In this document: positions 19,644 to 27,980 of the stretch, one piece after another
Numbering within the stretch: the stretch's first letter is position 1
Layout: each line of letters opens with the position of its first letter
Position numbers and translations under genes: made by a program
The notes under the pieces: model-generated
Seen by the model: only the letters and a program-made list of their open reading frames with translations
Database searches by the model: none
Told to the model about the DNA's origin: nothing
Source: Planctomycetota bacterium
Lineage (GTDB): Bacteria > Planctomycetota > Planctomycetia > Pirellulales > PNKZ01
Length of the DNA: 64,000 bases
Assembly (NCBI GenBank): GCA_018242585.1
Contig: JAFEBQ010000001.1
Location: 40,956 to 104,955 of the forward strand
Reading direction: 5' to 3'

Positions 19644-19976
19644 CTACGCCGCGTTGTTCGTCAGTGCGCGGCGGTCGTCGAGCGAGAAGCAGACCACGCG
19701 CACGCGGCGCGGGCCGGCGGTCCCCAGATAGACCCGGTCGGCATAGATCACCGGGCAGCGTTCCACCACGCCCGACGCGCCGCCGCCACCGTCGCTCACC
19801 GCAGTCGACTCTTGGTCGGCGGTGGGGTCGAGCGCGGAGCTATTGGCGGGGTGTTTCATGAGTGCTGCCATCTGCAAGCAAGGACAATTTGGCATGCCCG
19901 GGATGTTCGGTTCATCGTCAATCAGCGCCGCGGTCAGCCAGCAAAAATCAGCCGCCCCAGGATAATCACGAAACAT
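19644..19976 (-). CDS. Hypothetical protein, possibly a gene remnant
   Basis: 110-aa ORF with no recognisable domain. The C-terminal PVIYADRVYLGTAGPRRVRVVCFSLDDRRAL vaguely resembles a single PQQ/beta-propeller blade. Confidence 0.25.
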   Translation of the reverse strand: MFRDYPGAADFCWLTAALIDDEPNIPGMPNCPCLQMAALMKHPANSSALDPTADQESTAVSDGGGGASGVVERCPVIYADRVYLGTAGPRRVRVVCFSLDDRRALTNNAA

Positions 19977-20180
19977 TTAGCTCGTCGCCGCGTGGCCGCG
20001 CGCGGGCGCGTGGCAAAACGCTCGACGAATTGCGTTGTTTTGTGCAGCACGAGTACGCACACGCCGCGTGGTGAGTTCGCGGAAATCTTTTTCGCGAAAC
20101 AAAAATCCGCACCGCGAGTCGGCAAAAACTGCGCGTGGGCTGAGGGTCTGCGGACCTGTGAGCCCGTGGCCGCGTGAAGA

Positions 20181-20963
20181 TTAAATCTCTGATAGCGTGG
20201 TCGGCAGCATCACGACCGGCAGCGTGCCGCCACGCCCCACGCGCACCGCAAGGCCCAGTCGATGCTCGGCCGTGGGCCACGACTGGCCGAATTGCCACTC
20301 GGCCGGCTCGTCGGCAATCTTCGGGGCGTCGAACGAAATGGTCGGCGCGGCCTGCTCGTTCAGGTGATAACTGAAGGCGTCGAGCGGCAACGCCAGGCCG
20401 TGCCCTCGGGCCTTGATGTACGCCTCTTTCAGCGTCCAATAGTCGAAAAACTCGCGATGCTGGCGGTCCAGGGGTACTTGCAGAAGGTCGCGCACCTCGG
20501 ACGGCGAGAAGTACCGCTCGGCCAGATGGACCCCGCCGTTGCGGCGGTTCACCGTTTCGACGTCGACGCCGATATCGCATTCACGCACCGTGGCCAGGGC
20601 CACTAGACCAGTGGTATGCGAAAGGTTGAACCGCAGCCGGGGCGAAACCTCGGGCGTGGCGATCTCGGGCCGGCCATATTGATTGGTCGCGAAGGTCCAA
20701 TCGGCGGCTGGCTGGTCGGTGTAGCGACTCAATACCCCGCGCAGCAACATTCGGGCGGCCAGGAATTGATCTCGGGACGGCACGTGCCGATACCGGTCAT
20801 AGCGCGCCCGCTCGTCGGGTGCCAGCATGGCCAAGGCCCGCGTGCGGCAGTCCCGAACTTCTAAATCGTCGGGCCGGACTAGCCAGACGTGAACCTCGTC
20901 GGGCCCGAGTTGCTCGGGCAGCCGTGCCGGCGGCGCGACCTGCCATTCACTCGGCCGAGACAT
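20181..20963 (-). CDS. 4'-phosphopantetheinyl transferase (Sfp-type)
   Basis: Has LSHTTGLVALA, the GVDVE metal site and the WTLKEAYIKARG motif. Its start overlaps the glgX stop by 17 nt. Confidence 0.85.
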   Translation of the reverse strand: MSRPSEWQVAPPARLPEQLGPDEVHVWLVRPDDLEVRDCRTRALAMLAPDERARYDRYRHVPSRDQFLAARMLLRGVLSRYTDQPAADWTFATNQYGRPEIATPEVSPRLRFNLSHTTGLVALATVRECDIGVDVETVNRRNGGVHLAERYFSPSEVRDLLQVPLDRQHREFFDYWTLKEAYIKARGHGLALPLDAFSYHLNEQAAPTISFDAPKIADEPAEWQFGQSWPTAEHRLGLAVRVGRGGTLPVVMLPTTLSEI

Positions 20964-23025
20964 AGCACTTCAACGCGTGATCAACGAGCGTCACCCGACC
21001 GTCGGCCAGCAACATGGGCCCATCGAACTCGGGGTAGATATCGTCTGGACTCTCGGCCGCCGTATCGACAAACAGCCGCCAATCGACCTCGTGGGCGATG
21101 GACGGCGCGATGAATTGCCGGGGGAGCGTGCCAGCATGGATCATCATCATCACATGCCGCGCGGGGGCCGCGTTGGCGGCCGTGCCGCGGTTCGCGGCTA
21201 GCAGGCAGATCAAACTGTGATCGTTGCTGTTCCAATCGACACCGGCGCCGTCGGCCGAGTACCAACTGACATCGGGGAAGGGGTTCCCCGCCGCCTGCTC
21301 GCCGTTCAGAAAGGTCGGCCGCCGCACGGTCGGTTGATTGCGACGGAACTGAATCAGCGTCCGCACGAACCGGAGCAGATCCTCTTGCTGTTCGACCAGC
21401 TTCCAGTCGAACCAGGAGATTTCGTTGTCCTGGCAATAGGCGTTGTTGTTGCCGCGCTGGGTGCGCCGGCATTCATCACCATAAAGCAACATCGGCACGC
21501 CCTGGCTGAGCAACAAAGTGGCCAGCATGTTGCGGACCTGCTGGTTTCGCAACTCGTTGATCCGGCGGCGGCGAGTGGGGCCTTCAAAGCCGAAATTGCA
21601 ACTGTAGTTGTTGTTGTCGCCGTCGCGGTTCTGTTCTTCGTTGGCTTCGTTGTGCTTATACGAATAGGTGTTCAGGTCGTTGATCGTGAAGCCGTCGTGC
21701 GACGTGATGAAATTGATGCTGTGATACGGCCGGCGGTTGCTCGATTGGTACAGGTCGCTCGACCCGGCCAAGCGCGTGGCCAAGGCCCCCAGCGTGTGCT
21801 CATCGCCGCGCCAGAACCGCCGGATGTCATCGCGGTAGCGGCCGTTCCATTCGGCCCACCGCAAGTTGGCGAACGAGCCCACCTGGTAAGCGCCCGCCGC
21901 GTCCCAGGCCTCGGCAATGATCTTGGTGTCGGACAACAAGGGGTCTTCGGCAATCTGCTCGATCAACGGCGTGTTGGGCATCAGATCGCCGTTCCGATCA
22001 CGACTGAGAATCGACGCCAAATCGAAGCGGAAGCCGTCGATGTGGTAGTTCAACACCCAATGCCGCAAACACAAGAATATCATCTCGCGGACGATCGGGT
22101 GATTGCCGTTGACCGTGTTGCCGCAGCCGGAGTAGTTTTTGTACGTGCTGCCGCCGTTGGCCAGCATGTAGTAGACGCGGTTTTCCAGTCCCTTGAAGCT
22201 GACTGTGGGGCCGAATTCGTTCCCTTCGGCCGTGTGGTTGAACACCACGTCCAGGATGACTTCGATGCCCGCCTGGTGCAGCGCCCGGACCATTTGCTTG
22301 AACTCAACGACTTGGGCACCAGGCTCCGAACTGGCCGCGTAGCCACGATGCGGAGCGAAGAACGCCAATGGGTCGTAGCCCCAGTAGTTTGGACGATGTT
22401 CGTTGCGGCCGTTGGGCGCGTTGATCGGAAACTCGAGCACCGGCATCAACTCGACGGCGGTCACTCCCAGCGATTGCAGGTAGGGGATCTTCTCGATCAC
22501 CCCCAGGTACGTGCCCGGGTGGTCGACCTCACTATTGCCCGAGCGTGTGAACCCGCGCACGTGCATTTCGTAGATCACCGATTCCGACAGATTGCGCCGC
22601 AGGTGGCGATCGCCTTGCCAGTCGAACGAATCGTCAATGACCACGCACTTGGGCGGACGCGTAATGCCGTCATCGTTGGGAAGGTAATTGCCGGCCAGCG
22701 CTCGGGCATAGGGGTCGATCAGCCGCGCGCGACCATTGAACCGATGGCCCACCTGGGGAGCGAACGGCCCGTCGGCCTGGAAGTGGTAGAGCTGCCCGGG
22801 ACCAATGCCCGGGACGAACACGCTCCAGATGTCTCCCCAGCGGTCGAGTTCCGGGTTGAGTTGGACGACTTCAGCCGGATCGGGATCGTCGACGTGGTCG
22901 TAGAGCAACACCCGCATGCCCGTCGCCGAACGGCTGAAGACGACGAACTGAACGCCTCCATCCTGCAGAATCGCGCCAAACGGAAGAGGATGGGTAAACT
23001 GTAGTGAAGGGTGCAGCAGCGGCAT
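20947..23025 (-). CDS. glgX: Glycogen debranching enzyme
   Basis: GH13 catalytic motifs are present (DVVFNHT, GFRFDLAS, EAWD, FITSHDGF), along with an N-terminal CBM48-like domain. The start was chosen at Met15 (MPLLHP). Confidence 0.9.
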   Translation of the reverse strand: MPLLHPSLQFTHPLPFGAILQDGGVQFVVFSRSATGMRVLLYDHVDDPDPAEVVQLNPELDRWGDIWSVFVPGIGPGQLYHFQADGPFAPQVGHRFNGRARLIDPYARALAGNYLPNDDGITRPPKCVVIDDSFDWQGDRHLRRNLSESVIYEMHVRGFTRSGNSEVDHPGTYLGVIEKIPYLQSLGVTAVELMPVLEFPINAPNGRNEHRPNYWGYDPLAFFAPHRGYAASSEPGAQVVEFKQMVRALHQAGIEVILDVVFNHTAEGNEFGPTVSFKGLENRVYYMLANGGSTYKNYSGCGNTVNGNHPIVREMIFLCLRHWVLNYHIDGFRFDLASILSRDRNGDLMPNTPLIEQIAEDPLLSDTKIIAEAWDAAGAYQVGSFANLRWAEWNGRYRDDIRRFWRGDEHTLGALATRLAGSSDLYQSSNRRPYHSINFITSHDGFTINDLNTYSYKHNEANEEQNRDGDNNNYSCNFGFEGPTRRRRINELRNQQVRNMLATLLLSQGVPMLLYGDECRRTQRGNNNAYCQDNEISWFDWKLVEQQEDLLRFVRTLIQFRRNQPTVRRPTFLNGEQAAGNPFPDVSWYSADGAGVDWNSNDHSLICLLAANRGTAANAAPARHVMMMIHAGTLPRQFIAPSIAHEVDWRLFVDTAAESPDDIYPEFDGPMLLADGRVTLVDHALKCYVSAE

Positions 23026-23240
23026 CGACCGAACCTGGCAAACGGCTACGAAACAATGCTTCGGCAACCTGCGGCCGAAAAGCTCTGCAAGTGTAGCACG
23101 TTCTAGGGCAAGAAACGCCCTGGCTCAAGGCACGAAATGCCTTGAAAAGCCCGGAAAACCGCTGCGTTTTACCGGAACGATGGGGAGTGCCGCACATGCG
23201 ACCAGTCGCGAGCGCTCGGTGAAATAGTCGCGGCCCCCCA

Positions 23241-23324
23241 GAGCAATTCTAGGGAGCATGCATCGCTGGCTCACCCAAGCCGGCGGCTCTGCCGCCGAGA
23301 TCGGTGGCAAAGCCACCGGCTTGG
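23241..23324. repeat. 84-bp palindromic repeat, copy 1 of 2 (inverse of 48310-48393)
   Basis: ccaagccggcggctctgccgccgagatcggtggcaaagccaccggcttgg plus the flanking gagcaattctaggg..catgc sequence. The reverse complement matches 48310-48393 except at the centre. Confidence 0.75.
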
Positions 23325-23448
23325 TAGGTATGCCAACGCTACATTGAATCGAGAATCGTCATGGCCGTGATCACTCATCGAACCGTAACAATCGTTGCGG
23401 CCTGACTGACGTTGCTTCCCGCGCGGCGTTGTTGTTGCCCCCGCGGCG

Positions 23449-24204
23449 CTACGGCTGGAAGACTGCGTGGCAGTCGTCGCAGTTCTTTTGCACTCGTTCG
23501 GCCGCGGCCGTGGCGGCCCCTTTGTCGCCGGCGCGAATCGCTTTGCTCAGTTCGCCACAGGCGTCGCGCATCTCGGCGCTCATGGTGTACCACTTGGGCA
23601 AATCGGCAGGATCCTTGACCTCGTGGGTGTCATAGATGATCGCCTGGCCCACGGCTGCCAGCACCGTAGCGGCCCGGGCGTTATCGGCCGCGCGTCTTGG
23701 ATCGAGACGCTTGAGCGAGTTCCGCAGCTTGGTATGGGTGGCCGCTACCCGTCGCATTGTTGATCCCAAGCCGGCAATGCGCGACCACTCGGGTGCCTTG
23801 ACGTCCCCCTGTCCCCCCAGCGCTTCCTTCAAATTGACCAAAGATTTTTGCGCTTCGGAGAAATTTTTTGCCTTGGCCAATTGCTGGGCCGGCGCGATCA
23901 GCGCGGGGGCGGTCTTTTGCAGTTCGTGGTTCTGCTCGTGCTTGGCCAAGACGAGCGCCACGATGGTCAAAATGTTGGCCTCGTCCTTGACGTGATCCTT
24001 GTGTTCGTTGTAGCTCGCTTCGCTATCCAACCAGCGCTCGATTTCTTCGGTCGAGGCCTTCACCTGCGCGACCAAATCGTCGACCGAAATCGTCGCCGCC
24101 AACGGCGGTGCGGCCGGGGGCGCCGCGACGACTTGCGCCACGCCGAATAGACCCGCGCTCAACAGCAGAATCGAGCAGAACCAACAGACGCAACGATGAG
24201 TCAT
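23449..24204 (-). CDS. Secreted helical haem protein, cytochrome c' (class II)-like
   Basis: Signal peptide MTHRCVCWFCSILLLSAGLFGVAQVVA. The body is all-helical, with a single CXXCH (CDDCH) six residues from the C-terminus, as in class II c-type cytochromes. The start was chosen at Met23. Confidence 0.6.
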   Translation of the reverse strand: MTHRCVCWFCSILLLSAGLFGVAQVVAAPPAAPPLAATISVDDLVAQVKASTEEIERWLDSEASYNEHKDHVKDEANILTIVALVLAKHEQNHELQKTAPALIAPAQQLAKAKNFSEAQKSLVNLKEALGGQGDVKAPEWSRIAGLGSTMRRVAATHTKLRNSLKRLDPRRAADNARAATVLAAVGQAIIYDTHEVKDPADLPKWYTMSAEMRDACGELSKAIRAGDKGAATAAAERVQKNCDDCHAVFQP

Positions 24205-24630
24205 GGCGAGGTGAAATCCTGAAAAAGAGCCGGAATATATGCGTGTATTGAACGATGCGCGGTCGAGCAATCAGCTCGCTCGCATACTTCGGCAAAGGTG
24301 CGCGAACGTGTGGGCATGGATCATTTGCTCAGCGCTCTAGTCTGTTAGTGACACGTGACAAAATCAAGTCATGAACTCGGTGCCCGAAGCACGCTCTACC
24401 CAGCGCGGTCAGGTCACTCGCGCAAACTCAACGACAGGCTTCATGCGAGACGACATTTGCATTCAAAAACAGCGCTCGAATGGAGCCACGGAACACTCTT
24501 GTCACGAGCTCGTGTTGCTGGTCATCACGCGCTCGATGCGCGTCTATCGACAACCTATGCACAATGCCTTGCGGCGCGCTTACGTCGCGCGTCGCGGCGC
24601 TAAAATCGTTGCGCCGAAGCAGAAATGTGC

Positions 24631-24658
24631 TTGCACAATTTCCATAACTCGCTACTAT
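24631..24658 (+). promoter_or_regulatory. Candidate sigma-70-like promoter
   Basis: TTGCAC (24631-24636), a 16-nt spacer, then TACTAT (24653-24658), all within the lower-GC non-coding stretch. This is a pattern match only. Confidence 0.25.
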
Positions 24659-25058
24659 ATCGAACAAGCTTGCAGAACGATTGACGAGGTTGAGTGCCCA
24701 GTCAGTTGTTCAGCAGGTGTGAAGCCGGATCGATGGTGATCGCTTGAACTTCAAACTGGGCTTCTCAGGACAAGGATTCCTGTGGACCCGAGTGCAACAA
24801 GGAAGTTGCCACAGGTTTGATTGAACGCATCTGTCTGTGACAGGTTCGTTCTTTGGGCAGGACTCCCAGCGACATGACGTCCGTTGGGTAGCTCATCACC
24901 TCTCAGTACGGCGATCACCTGTTCAGCCAGCTAGAGTCAGGCCGTGTAGTCGGCTTGGTTCTTTACATGGAGTGTTAGTGCGTGCGATCGAATCGCTCAG
25001 CCGTCCCAGCCCGGCGAGTTGTTCAGCACGTTGATCCCTGTTGTTAGGAGGACGTACG

Positions 25059-25130
25059 GTGGCCAAGAAGAAAGCAGCTAAGAAGGCAACTAAGAAGGCG
25101 ACCAAGAAGAAGGCTGCCAAGAAGAAGTAG
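25059..25130 (+). CDS. 23-aa Lys/Ala-rich basic peptide (histone H1-like composition)
   Basis: Too short for the ORF track. GTG 25059 lies 7 nt after AGGAGG (25046-25051). The translation is VAKKKAAKKATKKATKKKAAKKK followed by a stop. A terminator lies about 90 nt downstream. Confidence 0.45.
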   Translation: MAKKKAAKKATKKATKKKAAKKK

Positions 25131-25221
25131 TTTCGTTGGCCTTATTTAGCCGCTATCCCGTGCGGGTAGTCTGGCGGTAAGGCAAAACGGCGAAACTCGC
25201 CTACCAAGCCACAACGAGAAA

Positions 25222-25259
25222 GAAACGCCTGGTCCTTGGATCAGGCGTTTCTATTTTTT
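25222..25259 (+). terminator. Rho-independent terminator
   Basis: The 10-bp stem is gaaacgcctg/caggcgtttc, followed by tatttttt. Confidence 0.8.
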
Positions 25260-25616
25260 GATACGGACATTTCCAGTCGTCGTGGCGATTCTCGGGCGTC
25301 GCGATTCCGGATTCGCAAGGTATTGCATGGCCAATTGGCCATGACTCGTGCCTCGCGCGCTCCTTCTCGCCGTGTCTGCTACCGAAAAAGCTCTCTCCCT
25401 CCGCCGGCTTCGTGTTAGAATTGCAGCGGGGCTACGTTCTTCCGCTGTTCCCTGGATTCGCGTGACAGGGGCGCGACTCGTGCCACGATCCACTCGGCAA
25501 GTCAGCCTCGGCGCGCTAGTAGCTGCCGTCCGGCCAGCAACATCCGACACGTCGTTCAGGCCGCCAGCGCGGTCATCGCGCGATCCACGCACCACTTGCT
25601 CGCCGAGACCGCCAGC

Positions 25617-26972
25617 ATGACACAGCTTCCTCGACTGGCGATCGGAACCATCCAGGCCGAAGCCGACAGCCGCTTCTTGGTCTGGGCGTTGCTCCACTTG
25701 TTCGTGCGCCGGTCGTTGCAGCCCCAACACTTTCATTCGCGCTGCTGCTTCTTTGGCGTGAACGGGGCGCAGGTCGCCTCGGGCGAAGGCTCGCGCCACC
25801 TGGACAGTTGGACCATGTCGGCGCCGCTGGCCCAGGAACTGTTCCTGCGCGCCGCGCGCAATTCCGACCTGGCCGTCATCGAGGGCCGCTTCGACGCGGC
25901 ACTCGGCAACGGTCACCAAGTCGAAGAACGACACGCCGGCGGCAGTTTGGACCAGCTTTGCGAATGGCTCGGCTTGCCCCGTTTGGCTTTGATTGACGTG
26001 GGCGACATGCAAGCGCATGGCCTGCCGCCACGTCCCACGGCCGATGCCGTGATGCTCGATCGAATCTCCGGCGGCGACGAGCTGCGCCGCATTGCACGAC
26101 AGATTCAAGACGCCTGGGGCCTGCCGGTGCTGGGGGGATTACCCGAACTGCCACGCATTCGCGAGACCATTCGTTCAACGCCAGCCGACGCCGAACTGCC
26201 GCTGCCGTTGTGCGCGGCTCTGTGCGACGCGCTGGAACGCTATGCCAAGGTGCCCGAGTTGCTACGCCTGGCCGGTACAGGCAGTTGGCCGGCGTCCGAT
26301 GCGTCCAGCGACTGGGAAGACGCCCGCCGCGTGTTTGAATCGCAGCCGGTGACCGTGGCCGTGGCCTATGACAAGATTTTCCATTGCCACTTCCTCGACA
26401 CGCTCGACATGCTCGAGCTGCTAGGTGCCACGGTCGTCGACTTTTCGCCGCTGCACGATGACTGCCTGCCCGAAGGGACCGACCTGGTCTACCTGGGCTG
26501 TGGCCGTCCCGACTTGTACCAAGCACAACTAGCCGACAATGTCTGCATGCGAATGGCGCTGCTGCGGCACATCTGCGAAGGTCGCCGCGTGTACGCCGAA
26601 GGGGGCGGGCTAGCCTTCCTGGCCGAGTTTCTGTTCACGGCCGAGCAACAGTTGGCGATGGCGGGCCTGGTGCCGGTGTGCGTCCGAGCCGATCAGCCAC
26701 AGCAGCCATTGCGAGCCGTGGAGCTGCAATTAGCCCAGGACACCTGGCTGGGTGAAAGCGGGCTGACGCTGCGCGGGTATCAGAACCCGAATCTCCATTT
26801 CGAGCCGACCGGCGAAGTGGCCCAGGTCTGCGGCGGCCCGGTCGACGAATGCAACTTGCTGGCCCACAAGCAGGTGATCGGCAGCCGCGTCCACTTGAAC
26901 TTCGCCGCCCAGCCGCGCGCCCTCTGCTCGCTGGTCACGCCGCGCAAATGCTCGATGGCCCGGCGGTCCTAG
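25617..26972 (+). CDS. Cobyrinic acid a,c-diamide synthase (CbiA/CobB)-fold protein lacking catalytic motifs
   Basis: 451 aa, colinear with CbiA. Matching blocks include DLAVIEG, LPVLGGLP, and the GATase block VAVAYDKIFHCHF...FSPLHDDCLPEGTDLVYLGCGRPDLY...VYAEGGGLAFL. The P-loop reads GTIQAEADS rather than GTxSGxGKT, and ECGG reads EGGG. Confidence 0.8.
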   Translation: MTQLPRLAIGTIQAEADSRFLVWALLHLFVRRSLQPQHFHSRCCFFGVNGAQVASGEGSRHLDSWTMSAPLAQELFLRAARNSDLAVIEGRFDAALGNGHQVEERHAGGSLDQLCEWLGLPRLALIDVGDMQAHGLPPRPTADAVMLDRISGGDELRRIARQIQDAWGLPVLGGLPELPRIRETIRSTPADAELPLPLCAALCDALERYAKVPELLRLAGTGSWPASDASSDWEDARRVFESQPVTVAVAYDKIFHCHFLDTLDMLELLGATVVDFSPLHDDCLPEGTDLVYLGCGRPDLYQAQLADNVCMRMALLRHICEGRRVYAEGGGLAFLAEFLFTAEQQLAMAGLVPVCVRADQPQQPLRAVELQLAQDTWLGESGLTLRGYQNPNLHFEPTGEVAQVCGGPVDECNLLAHKQVIGSRVHLNFAAQPRALCSLVTPRKCSMARRS

Positions 26973-27116
26973 TACGATGCTCGTCATGGCGAGCTGTCGG
27001 GGTGGCACTCCCTCCTAGGGCGTGGGGAAGTGGGCACCGACTCCGCTGCTTGATGGCCGTTCACCACGCCCTGCGCTGCGCTTGGGACGTGCCACCCAGT
27101 CGAATCGAGGACAGCC

Positions 27117-27509
27117 CTACGATGGTTGGCCACCTTGGCCCAGGTAGAGCTGAATCAGTTGGCTTTGCACGCGGATCGCCCGCAACAGTGTTTCGAGCGC
27201 CTCGGGTGAAAAGCCTTCGGCCTCGAGATTGGCCAGGTCATCTAGCTCCTGGCTCATGGCGGCATGCTGGTCCGAGGCAAACTGTAAGCACAAACCCGCC
27301 TGACGCCAGGCGTCGAGCAGCAACCCGTCTTGGGTAAAGGCATCGGTCGAGGCGTGGGCGTTGTTCAACAGCAACGACAGCCGAGCCACATCGCGAGGCA
27401 AGGCGTCGGGCTGCAAGCGTTCGATTTGCGTGGCCAGTTCACTGCACTTCATGGCTGCTTTCTCCAACTCGGCGCCGCCCCAGGCGGCGATCGCGTCACG
27501 CCGAAACAT
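27117..27509 (-). CDS. Hypothetical helical protein
   Basis: 130-aa ORF with protein-like amphipathic helices. No domain recognised. Confidence 0.45.
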   Translation of the reverse strand: MFRRDAIAAWGGAELEKAAMKCSELATQIERLQPDALPRDVARLSLLLNNAHASTDAFTQDGLLLDAWRQAGLCLQFASDQHAAMSQELDDLANLEAEGFSPEALETLLRAIRVQSQLIQLYLGQGGQPS

Positions 27510-27618
27510 CGACCATCGGCGCGCCGGTTTACCCCACGAACGTCAGTACAAATCTACCTCATGAATCTCGGAGAGGCGGAACGGGGAAAATCCCCAGGAA
27601 ATCAGCGACCGGCCGTGA

Positions 27619-27879
27619 TTACGAGATGACCAGCGCCGTCAGCAACCCCACGGCAATCAGGGTTTCGAGCGCCCCGGCAATTTGCATCACCAACGGGTCG
27701 ACGTCGTGCAGCAACTGCTTCACCTGCTGAGGGAACACGGCCAGCGTGACCCCTTCGAGCAGAATCATGGTCAAGGCGGCCCAGGCAATCCATGTCACGG
27801 CAGTGGTCGCTCGCGTGAGTACACAAGTTGAAAGCGCCGCCAAGCGGCGGCGTGAAAACCGATCGCCCCATCGTACCAC
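27619..27879 (-). CDS. Small two-TM membrane protein (DUF2065-like?)
   Basis: 86 aa. ILLEGVTLAVFPQQVKQLL...IAGALETLIAVGLL resembles the DUF2065 pattern as I remember it. This is a weak call. Confidence 0.4.
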   Translation of the reverse strand: MVRWGDRFSRRRLAALSTCVLTRATTAVTWIAWAALTMILLEGVTLAVFPQQVKQLLHDVDPLVMQIAGALETLIAVGLLTALVIS

Positions 27880-27980
27880 GGCGCGGCCGGGGCTCTAGTG
27901 GCGGGCCGCTGGCGAGCGGGTTATCATCACCGTTTCTCCGCCCGTAAACCTGTCATTGCCCACGCCCAAGGATCCGCTCC

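Noticed and set aside
20947-20963. 17-nt overlap of glgX stop and PPTase start as a sign of frameshift or fusion
   Set aside because: Both ORFs are complete with intact N- and C-terminal motifs. Short overlaps are ordinary translational coupling.
21217-23004. 595-aa plus-strand ORF
   Set aside because: It is antisense to glgX.
25260-25616. Cobalamin riboswitch upstream of the CbiA-like gene
   Set aside because: No B12-box-like sequence or conserved GCCACUG element was seen.
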